From IMG/VR virus record IMGVR_UViG_3300028591_000058: a stretch of DNA of 33,429 nucleotides. One strand, given 5' to 3'. Shown in pieces: positions 17,707 to 26,762 of the stretch. Position 1 is the stretch's first letter. Each line of letters begins with the position of its first letter. This DNA is from a virus. The notes below the pieces were generated by a model. It worked only from the letters and a program-made list of their open reading frames with translations. It was not told where the DNA came from and did not search any database. The translations under genes and the position numbers were made by a program.

Positions 17707-19153
17707 TGATATTGAAATTAGAATTGATGATGATAGAAATATTGACGTTGATATGAGTAATGAATTAATTGAAAAGGTAGTCGTTCAAGCAGATTGGAAC
17801 GAAAACAACCCTAACAATGAGGGTTATATTAAAAATAAGCCTAATTTATCAAATGTAGCAACAAGTGGTGATTATGAAGATTTATCTAATAAGCCTACTA
17901 TACCGACAAAAACAAGCGATTTAACAAACGATAGTGATTTTGTCGATAGTAATTACGTAAATGGTAAAATAGACGATTTAAAATGGGAATTAGGGGCAAA
18001 TGATTTATCTTTACAAACAGATACAACAACGGCATATACAAAGACAGTGCCAATAGGTGCTATTGGGTGTAAACTCAATAAACTTGGCTTTATGAGTTAT
18101 AAGAGTAATAATATTTTACCAACTGATAAAATATCAAGTAATGTATCTTTTAGTAATGATATAATGTCAATTACTAATTCAACTAGTGGTATGAATATTT
18201 TAGATAGTATATCTTTGCCTGCAGGCACTTATGTATTTTCATTTATTTTAAAAACAAGTGGTTTAGAGCAAACGCATTCATTTACCGGTTATAAGAATAC
18301 CACTGATACTCCATTTACTGTGTTTAGTAATTTAAATACTTACAATGTAGGAGAAGTACATACTGCAACTTTAGTATTAACTGAAACAACTAATGTGTTT
18401 ATTAAACAATGGCAAACAGGTAGTGAAACCTATTCTTTCCAATTATGGATAAATAAAGACACTGCAAAAGATTACAATACTTATTTTACAGGTATTCGTG
18501 ATAGTGTAATAACAAGCATAAAAAGTTATGATAGCAATAACAACTTAATAGACACCTACACAATACCAAGTGAAATACAAGCATTAAGTGGTTATGGTAG
18601 AGGTATTAATGAGAATTGCTATAATGTATTGAATTTGGAAACAAAAGAATTTACTGATAAGGATAATAGAATTACTTTTAATGGCACTGAAAATTGGCAA
18701 AGAAGTGATACAAACGACACAACTACAAAAGGTTATTATTTCTATATAGAAGTAAGCGATTGTGTGACAGTAAGTGGTGGTAGTGATGTCTCTGATATTA
18801 CTGCAACAAATTTTAATGCAGGAAGCCCTAATTCTATTTATGGTGGTGCTCAAACAGGTGGACCTTATATCTCATATTGGACAGGTAGCAATCATAGAAT
18901 ATGTATATACGATAGAGATAATTTAGCATTTAAGACAGTTGCAGAATTTAAACAATGGTTAGCCGATAAATATACAAATGGAAATCCTATTGTTGTTAAT
19001 TACAAACTAGCAACATACAATACAACAAATGTAAGCCAATATATAACTAATAATGTTATTGAAGTTGAAGCAGGGGGCTATTTAGTATTTGAAAATCAAT
19101 ACGGACAAGCAGTGCCTAGTGATATTACTTATTTAATAGAGGTGGCAAAATGA
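17699..19153 (+). CDS. Tail-fibre-like protein
   Basis: The ATG at 17699 lies 8 nt after AGGTGA and makes an ATGAATAA overlap. The N-terminal fibre motif NKPNLSNVATSGDYEDLSNKPTIPTKTSDLTNDSDF is common in phage fibres. Confidence 0.65.
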   Translation: MNNDIEIRIDDDRNIDVDMSNELIEKVVVQADWNENNPNNEGYIKNKPNLSNVATSGDYEDLSNKPTIPTKTSDLTNDSDFVDSNYVNGKIDDLKWELGANDLSLQTDTTTAYTKTVPIGAIGCKLNKLGFMSYKSNNILPTDKISSNVSFSNDIMSITNSTSGMNILDSISLPAGTYVFSFILKTSGLEQTHSFTGYKNTTDTPFTVFSNLNTYNVGEVHTATLVLTETTNVFIKQWQTGSETYSFQLWINKDTAKDYNTYFTGIRDSVITSIKSYDSNNNLIDTYTIPSEIQALSGYGRGINENCYNVLNLETKEFTDKDNRITFNGTENWQRSDTNDTTTKGYYFYIEVSDCVTVSGGSDVSDITATNFNAGSPNSIYGGAQTGGPYISYWTGSNHRICIYDRDNLAFKTVAEFKQWLADKYTNGNPIVVNYKLATYNTTNVSQYITNNVIEVEAGGYLVFENQYGQAVPSDITYLIEVAK

Positions 19154-19377
19154 TAGATGATAAAATGCAAACATTAATTGATATGGCTATTGCTTTTAAT
19201 AAGCAAAATGAATTATACCCTCAATTAGTGGAATATTTAATTAGACAACGATATACTATTTCGCAAGAATTAGCAATTCATAGACAACGCACTTCTAAAA
19301 AAGCCGAATTCAATACTTACAATACTTATTGTGAAGATTGTAAAGCTAAAGCAAAAGAATTATTAAATTTAGAATGA
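19150..19377 (+). CDS. Hypothetical protein (possible fibre assembly factor)
   Basis: 75 aa; ATGA overlap with the fibre gene. Confidence 0.45.
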   Translation: MIDDKMQTLIDMAIAFNKQNELYPQLVEYLIRQRYTISQELAIHRQRTSKKAEFNTYNTYCEDCKAKAKELLNLE

Positions 19378-19706
19378 TATTAAATATTATTAGGATTATT
19401 TACTCACATAAAATTGTGAATAAGTATAATAACTTAAAATTAGATAGTGCGATTATAGAAAAAATAATTGAAAATCATAACACATCTATTTTAAATGATT
19501 ATGAAATAATGGTATGGATTAAATACCTTAAACAAATTGGTAAATGTAGCAAATGGAACGAATATCAAATGTATAGAGAATGGTTATATCATAAGAATTT
19601 ATACAAACATCATCTATTTACTGCAAATACTAAATACGTTGATTTTGAAGAAACGCAAACTAAAAAAACTTATATTTTAAGATTTATAGGAAATTGCATT
19701 TATTAA
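19374..19706 (+). CDS. Hypothetical protein
   Basis: 110 aa; ATGA overlap. Confidence 0.45.
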   Translation: MILNIIRIIYSHKIVNKYNNLKLDSAIIEKIIENHNTSILNDYEIMVWIKYLKQIGKCSKWNEYQMYREWLYHKNLYKHHLFTANTKYVDFEETQTKKTYILRFIGNCIY

Positions 19707-19734
19707 AAATTCGATATAAAAGGGGACAAATGAA

Positions 19735-20082
19735 ATGAAAGAAATGAGAAACGAAATCGAATACAAAGGAATTACATATAATTTAGTTTTTAACTTAAAT
19801 GTTATGGAAGTTATACAAGATGAATATGGCACACTTGATAAATGGGGTGCTTTAACAGACGGAAGCAAAGGCGAGCCAAACGCAAAAGCCGTTGTTTTCG
19901 GTTTTACTGCTATGTTAAATGAGGGTATCGAAATTGATAATGAAGAAAAAGGAACAGATATTAAACCTTTAACTCATAAACAAGTTGGTAGAATTCTAAC
20001 TGAAATCGGAATTAGACAAGCAACAATGAAAATGAATAATACAGTAATTGAAAGCACAAAATCCGACGAAAAAAACGCATAA
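19735..20082 (+). CDS. Tail assembly chaperone (G-like)
   Basis: 115 aa directly upstream of the TMP, ending just after the slippery heptamer. Confidence 0.7.
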   Translation: MKEMRNEIEYKGITYNLVFNLNVMEVIQDEYGTLDKWGALTDGSKGEPNAKAVVFGFTAMLNEGIEIDNEEKGTDIKPLTHKQVGRILTEIGIRQATMKMNNTVIESTKSDEKNA

Positions 20083-20321
20083 TCCACGAAGAAGATGAAA
20101 TAGAAAATCCCGTGATAGATTTTTCGTGGTTTTACTTTATAGGCAAGTCTAAATTAGGCTTGTCTTTTAAAGAAACGGGAAGATTGACACTTTATATGTT
20201 TAATAAGCTATATCAACATTACAAAGATGATTGGGATTTAGAAATGATTTTATTTAAGAATGGTAAAACATATAAGGAAGTCAAAGAAAATCAAAATAAA
20301 GACGAATATTGGATTAAATAG
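19735..20321 (+). CDS. Tail assembly chaperone frameshift product (GT-like), made by a -1 slip at 20070-20076
   Basis: The -1 frame is open from the slip site through 20321. The downstream part (IDFSWFYFIGKSKLGLSFKETGRLTLYMFNKLYQHY) resembles the Gp15/T-type chaperone extension and has no ATG or RBS of its own. Confidence 0.65.
20070..20076 (+). other. Programmed -1 ribosomal frameshift slippery heptamer A_AAA_AAC
   Basis: In the zero frame the codons are gaA AAA AAC, an X_XXY_YYZ pattern 4 nt before the G stop codon. Confidence 0.65.
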
Positions 20322-20332
20322 GGGGTGAAGAT

Positions 20333-22885
20333 ATGGCATTTGGTGGTGCGGTCAAACTTACAGGTGAAAGTGAATATAGACAAGCATTAGCACAAATTAC
20401 ACAGAATTTAAGAGAAGTATCGTCACAAATGAGTGTAGTTGCTTCTGCATACGATAAAAACGATAATTCTATTGAAGCATTGACTAGCAAAGAAACTGTA
20501 TTGAATTCTAAACTTGAAGAGCAAAACAATAAATTAAAGGTTTTGCAATCTCAATATTCATCTATGAATGAAAAGTTTGAAGAAAATACTCAAAAACATA
20601 ATGATTTAATTCAAGAATACGAAAAAGAAAAAGCCGAATTAGACAAGATGAAATCAACTTTAGGGACAACATCACAGGCTTATAAAATGCAAGAGCAGTA
20701 TGTTAAATCTTTAGAGCAAGAAGTAAAGAAATCAACCGCAAATCAAAATGCTAACGCTCAATCAATGTCTAATTTACGTATTCAAATGAATAACGCAACA
20801 ACAGACATTAATAAAACCGAAAAAGAAATTGAAGATTTATCAAAAGCTATGGAAGAAGCCGAAAAGTCAACAAATGGTTTAGGTGATGAAGTAGAAGAAG
20901 CAGGCGATAAGGCTAAAAAATCAAGTGACGGTTTTACAGTATTTAAAGGAATATTAAGTAATCTTGCAACAGATGTAATTAGAAGTGCAGTAAATGGTTT
21001 AAAATCATTAGGCGGTGCATTAATTAGTGTTGGTAAACAAGCAATAGGAAATTATAAATCATATCAACAATTAGTCGGTGGTGTAGAAACCTTATTCGGT
21101 GAAAGTGCCGACAAAGTGCAAAAGTATGCGGAAGTATCTTATAAAACTGCGGGTATTTCTGCAAATCAATATATGGAACAAATTACATCTTTTAGTGCTA
21201 GTTTAATTTCATCTCTTGGTGGTGATACTGCAAAAGCAAGTGAAGTTGGTAATAGAGCAATAATTGATATGTCAGACAATGCCAATAAAATGGGAACATC
21301 AATGGAAATGATACAAAACGCATATCAGGGCTTCGCAAAACAAAATTATACAATGTTAGACAACTTGAAACTTGGCTATGGCGGAACAAAAGGCGAAATG
21401 CAACGTTTAATTAAAGACGCTTCACAGATGACAGACGTTCAAAAAGAATTAGGAATAACTGTTGACGGAAGTTCAATGTCTTTTTCAAATATTATAAATG
21501 CTATTTCGGTTATGCAAAAGAAAATGGGAATTGCAGGAACAACAACAAAAGAAGCAGGCGATACTATCGAGGGGTCATTTAATAGTATGGCGGGTGCTTG
21601 GCAAAACCTTTTAACAGGTATAGCAAGCGGTCAAGATATTAGCGGATTAATTCAAAATCTAGTAAATAGCATTGTGACAACCGCTAAAAATTTAATACCG
21701 ACAATTCAAAATACTATTGGTGGTATTGCTAAATTAATAAGCGGATTATTAAAGGAAGTAGTGCCTTTAATCATTAAAGAAATACCGCCATTAATTACTG
21801 AAACATTACCAATATTAAATGAAGCTATTGTGTCCGCCGTTCATTCACTTATAGATGTATTACCTATGATTATTCAAGCTATTAATGAAATGCTACCTAT
21901 GATAATTAAAACAATATTATCATTATTACCTGAATTAGTAGACGCAGGAATACAGGGTGTCAATGCTCTAATAGACGGAATAAGTCAAGCAATACCTACA
22001 TTAATCGGAATGTTGCCTGAATTGATACGTGATTTAATCCAAACAATTTTACAACATTTACCCGAAATCATTGAAACAGGAACAAAATTATTGACATCAT
22101 TAATACAGGGTATAGCAGAAGCAATCCCTGAATTAGTAAGCTATTTACCTGAAATTATACAAACTTTCGTTCAAACAATAATTGAAAATTTACCTTTAAT
22201 AATTGATAGTGGTATTCAAGTTATTAATGCTTTAGTTGAGGGAATAGATGAAGCAATAATTAGTATAGTAAATGAAATGCCTAAAATTATAATGGCTATA
22301 ATAAGCGGTATCATTAATGCTTTACCGAAGTTTATGGAAAACGGCGGTAAGATTATAGGAACATTAATTAATGGTATGACAAGTAAGCTAGGTAATTTAG
22401 GTGAAATGGCTAAAACTATTGTTAAGACTATAATTGATGTTATTAAAGATTTACCTAAACAAATGTTTAATTGGGGAAAAGATATGATTAAAGGTTTAAT
22501 TAATGGTATTAAATCAATGTTTGGTGCAATCGGTGACGCAGTAAGTGGTGTTGCAAAGAAAATTAAATCATTCTTGCATTTCTCACGTCCTGATGTAGGA
22601 CCATTAAGAGATTATGAAACTTATATGCCCGATATGATAGAGGGAATGACACAATCTTTAGAAAAAGCTAGTCCACAATTAATCGACCAAGTAAGAAATT
22701 TAGCAGGTGATATTTCAAACGCTATAACGCCAAGCGGTGAATATGCAATTACAAGCAATTCAACAAATTATAATTCTATGGTAGAAGCATTTAAAGAAGC
22801 ATTAAGCGAAATGAAAATTGAATTAGATGACGAAGTAGCAGGAAAATTCGTTCGTGATACTGTCACAAAAGCAATATATACATAG
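20333..22885 (+). CDS. Tape measure protein
   Basis: 850 aa. N-terminal coiled coil, a central GxxG-rich region, long LPxII/helical repeats and a C-terminal FLHFSRPDVGPL motif. Position fits. Confidence 0.85.
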   Translation: MAFGGAVKLTGESEYRQALAQITQNLREVSSQMSVVASAYDKNDNSIEALTSKETVLNSKLEEQNNKLKVLQSQYSSMNEKFEENTQKHNDLIQEYEKEKAELDKMKSTLGTTSQAYKMQEQYVKSLEQEVKKSTANQNANAQSMSNLRIQMNNATTDINKTEKEIEDLSKAMEEAEKSTNGLGDEVEEAGDKAKKSSDGFTVFKGILSNLATDVIRSAVNGLKSLGGALISVGKQAIGNYKSYQQLVGGVETLFGESADKVQKYAEVSYKTAGISANQYMEQITSFSASLISSLGGDTAKASEVGNRAIIDMSDNANKMGTSMEMIQNAYQGFAKQNYTMLDNLKLGYGGTKGEMQRLIKDASQMTDVQKELGITVDGSSMSFSNIINAISVMQKKMGIAGTTTKEAGDTIEGSFNSMAGAWQNLLTGIASGQDISGLIQNLVNSIVTTAKNLIPTIQNTIGGIAKLISGLLKEVVPLIIKEIPPLITETLPILNEAIVSAVHSLIDVLPMIIQAINEMLPMIIKTILSLLPELVDAGIQGVNALIDGISQAIPTLIGMLPELIRDLIQTILQHLPEIIETGTKLLTSLIQGIAEAIPELVSYLPEIIQTFVQTIIENLPLIIDSGIQVINALVEGIDEAIISIVNEMPKIIMAIISGIINALPKFMENGGKIIGTLINGMTSKLGNLGEMAKTIVKTIIDVIKDLPKQMFNWGKDMIKGLINGIKSMFGAIGDAVSGVAKKIKSFLHFSRPDVGPLRDYETYMPDMIEGMTQSLEKASPQLIDQVRNLAGDISNAITPSGEYAITSNSTNYNSMVEAFKEALSEMKIELDDEVAGKFVRDTVTKAIYT

Positions 22886-22897
22886 TGAGGTGGTTAA

Positions 22898-23605
22898 ATG
22901 AGAGATTATGTTATTATAAATGGTAAAAAAAGCACATTGATTAATGGATTAATTATTACATCATTACCACCTATCACTAAACCTAAAATAAGGTATAGAG
23001 CAGAAGAAATCGACGGCGTAGACGGTGATACAATTAATAAATTAGGTTATGGTGCTTATGATAAAACATTTGAAATTGGATTGTCTTATAATTACAACGT
23101 AGATGATGTAATAGAATACTTTAATACACAGGGTCAAATTACATTTTCAAATGAGCCTGACAAATATTACAATTTCACTACACTTAATCAAATTGATTTT
23201 GAAAAATTGTTAAGATTTAAAAAAGCAAAAATAACAATCCACGTTCAACCTTTTAAATATTCGAATGTTGAAAATACTAAAACATTTAATTTTACGGAAG
23301 CAAGCCAAAGCCTAACAGTAAGAAACAATGGTAATATCTATTCAAAGCCCGTTATAACTCTTTACGGCAACGGAACGATTAATTTATCGTTAAACGGAAT
23401 TCAAGTGTTTACAATAGCTTTAAATGGCTCAATGGTATTAGACACACAAAGTCAAAATGCTTATGATTTAGTGACAAAAGATTTCTTAAATAGATATGTC
23501 ACAGGTGATTTTAAAAATTTATATCTAAATGTTGGCGTTAATACGTTAAGTTGGACGGGAAATATTACTAAAGTTGAAATAGATTATTGCAGTAGGTGGA
23601 TTTAA
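22898..23605 (+). CDS. Distal tail protein (Dit, Sipho_tail-like)
   Basis: 235 aa immediately after the TMP; N-terminus resembles phage tail-family proteins (RAEEIDGVDGD). Confidence 0.6.
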   Translation: MRDYVIINGKKSTLINGLIITSLPPITKPKIRYRAEEIDGVDGDTINKLGYGAYDKTFEIGLSYNYNVDDVIEYFNTQGQITFSNEPDKYYNFTTLNQIDFEKLLRFKKAKITIHVQPFKYSNVENTKTFNFTEASQSLTVRNNGNIYSKPVITLYGNGTINLSLNGIQVFTIALNGSMVLDTQSQNAYDLVTKDFLNRYVTGDFKNLYLNVGVNTLSWTGNITKVEIDYCSRWI

Positions 23606-23616
23606 GGGGTGATGAT

Positions 23617-23961
23617 ATGAGAATGTTTAAAAATAACTTAAATTTAGAAATGACAAAAGGCGATACATTAGCTTTTGGAATTGAAATTCAAGATTTAGGG
23701 CAAGCAATAGAAAGTGCATATTTTACTTGTAAAAATAATTATGATGATGAAACACCCGTATTTCAAAAATCACTTAATAATGGTATTATGTTAGACCATA
23801 TAGACGGTAAAGATTATTATTATAAAGTAAGAATTGCACCCGAAGATACAAAAAATTTAGAGCCAAAGAAATATTATTATGATTTAGAAATAACTGTAAA
23901 TTTAGATACATTTACAATTTTAAAAGGCATATTAGATATTGATTTTGATATAAGGGGGTAA
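23617..23961 (+). CDS. Small beta-rich protein, paralogue of 17380-17706
   Basis: The ATG at 23617 lies 7 nt after AAGGGG and is preferred over the GTG at 23596. See the paralogy evidence above. Confidence 0.6.
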   Translation: MRMFKNNLNLEMTKGDTLAFGIEIQDLGQAIESAYFTCKNNYDDETPVFQKSLNNGIMLDHIDGKDYYYKVRIAPEDTKNLEPKKYYYDLEITVNLDTFTILKGILDIDFDIRG

Positions 23962-23964
23962 AAT

Positions 23965-24822
23965 ATGGCAACTTTAGATAAAGAAATTAAAATATTAATG
24001 TTAAAGGGTGAAACAGGCGGTCACGTAGAAAGCGTCGAAAAAACATCAACAAGTGGGTTAGTAGACACTTATTCAATGAATTTTGATGACGGTAATTCAT
24101 ACAACTTTGATGTGACAAATGGGTCAAGTATTCAAAGCATAGTCAAGACTTCAACAAGCGGGTTAGTTGACACTTACACAATAACTTTAACAAACGGAAC
24201 AACTACTACATTTCAAGTGACAAACGGTGCGGACGGCGAAGTGACAACAGAACAATTAAACAACGCAATAACTACTGCAATAAATAATATTGCGAATAAA
24301 ACAAGTGGCTCACTTATTGGACGAATATTTAATAGTGGAAACGAAATAAGATTAGTAGTTAGCGACGAATTAGGAACAAATGGTGTATTAATAATAATTG
24401 ACGGCACTAATAACAAAATTTTAGCTCGTAAAGTTGTCAATAATGTTATTGAAAAGGAATACGATTTATTTACTGAAATAGATAGATTAGATGAAAAAAT
24501 TGATAATAAAATACCTTTAACAACAGGCACTCAAGATGACGCAATTACTTATGCAGGACTTTATGAAATAAAATCAACATTAAGCTATCAAGCACCATTT
24601 TTGATTAGTGTTAGTGAAGCCGTGCCATCAACGGCATTTGAAAACAATCGACAAACATATATTATAGATACATTAAGAAATCAAGTTTATGATTATGTCG
24701 AAATTTATTTAAAACGATTAGAATTAAAATTTGAGTGCAAATTTTACGATTGGGACGAACAAACATCTACATATAGCAGTAGTAATTTAAATTTCACTTG
24801 GAAATTACTTATTAAATACTAA
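23965..24822 (+). CDS. Baseplate/fibre-like structural protein with an internal tandem repeat
   Basis: KTSTSGLVDTY(S/T) ... (D/Q)VTNG(S/A) occurs twice about 32 aa apart; GGGGG RBS; lies between Dit and Tal. Confidence 0.55.
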   Translation: MATLDKEIKILMLKGETGGHVESVEKTSTSGLVDTYSMNFDDGNSYNFDVTNGSSIQSIVKTSTSGLVDTYTITLTNGTTTTFQVTNGADGEVTTEQLNNAITTAINNIANKTSGSLIGRIFNSGNEIRLVVSDELGTNGVLIIIDGTNNKILARKVVNNVIEKEYDLFTEIDRLDEKIDNKIPLTTGTQDDAITYAGLYEIKSTLSYQAPFLISVSEAVPSTAFENNRQTYIIDTLRNQVYDYVEIYLKRLELKFECKFYDWDEQTSTYSSSNLNFTWKLLIKY

Positions 24823-24844
24823 TTTATAAAAAAGGTGAATGTCT

Positions 24845-26758
24845 ATGATAAAAATTTTTAATGCAACCGATAAGATATATACATCTAACGGTGATATTGT
24901 AATTCAATGCACCAAAGCAAAAATTCATAAAAAGTTAAATGGCGATTTTTATATAGATATAGAAGCACCTTTAACTTATGTTGATTTTTTAGTATCAAAT
25001 AATATTGTTGTCGCACCTACACCGCAGGGGGAACAAGCATTTAGAATTGGAAGCATTGATAAGACGCAAAATAAAATTAAATTTAAAGCATATCACGTAT
25101 TCTATGATACTAAAAATTATTTAATCAAAGATAATAGGGTAGAAAATAGAGATTGCAATTATGCTTTAGATTATTTTAATTCAAATACAGACACTACAAG
25201 CCCTTTTAATACGCTTTCAAATATTACGGGGTTAAATACCTTATATTGCATTAGAAAATCGCTTTATGAAGCCATACAAGAGATTTTAAGCCTATGGGGT
25301 GGCTATTTAGTCCGTGATAATTGGGACATTAAAATAATGTCTAGTATAGGTAAAGATAACGGTATTGTTATTCGTTATCAAAAAAATTTAAAAGAAATTC
25401 AAGCAAGCTATAATTGGGACAATGTATGCACTAAATTATTACCTGTTGGAAAAGACGGTATATTGTTAAACGCTTTAGATGAAACGGCAGATGTTTATAT
25501 ATACAGTGATTTTCAATATGAAATACCATATACAAAGACAGTATCATTCGACCAAAATATAAATGAAGAAGATTATAATAGCGAGCAAGAATATAAAGAA
25601 GCATTGTTAAGTGATTTAAGAATTCAAGCCGAAAATTATCTTAATAAAAATTATTTACCGCAAGTAAACTACACTTTAAAGGCAAATATTGAAAAAGTAT
25701 CAGATGTTGGCGATATTATCGAAGTAATAGATGAAAGATTAAATATAGATATTTTAACAAATGTAATATCATACGAATATGATTGCATTTTAGAACAATA
25801 TACACAATTAGAGTTTGGAAATTTTACACAAACTTTAAATAATTTATTGTCAAATATTTCGTATCAAACTAACACATTAATAACTAATAATAATCAAGTA
25901 TTACAAATAACTTTAAGTCGAGAAATACAAGACGCACAAGATAAAATATGGAACGCTTTAGGGTCAAGCTATGTAATTTATGAGGGTGACAAAATATTAA
26001 TAGTTGATACCTTACCAAAAGAGGACGCAACAAATGTTATTATGATTAATAATGGCGGTATTGCTTTTTCGAATTCAGGTATAAACGGAACATTTACGAG
26101 TGCTTGGACTATTGACAATGTGTTAAATATGGAAGCAATCAATGTAATTAATTTAACTGCAAACCTTATAAAAGGTGGAACACTTAAATTAGGCTCTAAC
26201 ATCAATCAGAATGGCGTATTAGAGGTTTACGATACTGCAAATACATTAATTGCAAGTTTAGATAATACAGGCTTAAAAATGTATGGTGCGGACGGCTCTT
26301 ATATTTTAATGAATAATCAAGTTGGCTTTGTTGGTTATGATAAAAATAATAATCCTATTTATTGGGTTTATAAAGATGAATTTCACCAAAAAAAGAGTGT
26401 AGTTGAAGAAGAAATAACTTTATGCTCTAAAATGAGATTTATACCTATTTCAATAACAGGTAATGACGGAATAGGTTTAGTTAGCGTTATGGCAAACAAT
26501 ACAACATCTATATTAGACCCTGTGATTTCAGACGAATATACAGACAGTGACGAAGATTATAGCTATTATGATGTAAAAGCGACAAATCCAAATTCACAAG
26601 ACGCTATATTGTATTATAAAACAAGAAGCTCAAATTCTTATGAAGCAACAACCATAAGTGCAGGTGAAACTATTACAATGGGTAATTATAATAGTGAAGA
26701 AAATTTAGATATTTATATAAAAATTAAAAACAAGAAATCAAACAATGTAAGTTGGTGA
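24845..26758 (+). CDS. Tail-associated (Tal) / prophage tail endopeptidase-family minor structural protein
   Basis: The N-terminus MIKIFNATDKIYTSNGDIVI ... QAFRI resembles the phage minor structural protein N-terminal region. The ATG at 24845 lies 6 nt after AAGGTGA. Confidence 0.65.
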   Translation: MIKIFNATDKIYTSNGDIVIQCTKAKIHKKLNGDFYIDIEAPLTYVDFLVSNNIVVAPTPQGEQAFRIGSIDKTQNKIKFKAYHVFYDTKNYLIKDNRVENRDCNYALDYFNSNTDTTSPFNTLSNITGLNTLYCIRKSLYEAIQEILSLWGGYLVRDNWDIKIMSSIGKDNGIVIRYQKNLKEIQASYNWDNVCTKLLPVGKDGILLNALDETADVYIYSDFQYEIPYTKTVSFDQNINEEDYNSEQEYKEALLSDLRIQAENYLNKNYLPQVNYTLKANIEKVSDVGDIIEVIDERLNIDILTNVISYEYDCILEQYTQLEFGNFTQTLNNLLSNISYQTNTLITNNNQVLQITLSREIQDAQDKIWNALGSSYVIYEGDKILIVDTLPKEDATNVIMINNGGIAFSNSGINGTFTSAWTIDNVLNMEAINVINLTANLIKGGTLKLGSNINQNGVLEVYDTANTLIASLDNTGLKMYGADGSYILMNNQVGFVGYDKNNNPIYWVYKDEFHQKKSVVEEEITLCSKMRFIPISITGNDGIGLVSVMANNTTSILDPVISDEYTDSDEDYSYYDVKATNPNSQDAILYYKTRSSNSYEATTISAGETITMGNYNSEENLDIYIKIKNKKSNNVSW

Positions 26759-26762
26759 TAAT

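Noticed and set aside
20333-22885. Repetitive LP(E/L)II / IQxI helical repeats in the tape measure protein, and a search there for a lysozyme or peptidase domain
   Set aside because: The repeats are the usual TMP helical periodicity. I saw no catalytic motif, so the TMP does not resolve the missing-endolysin question.
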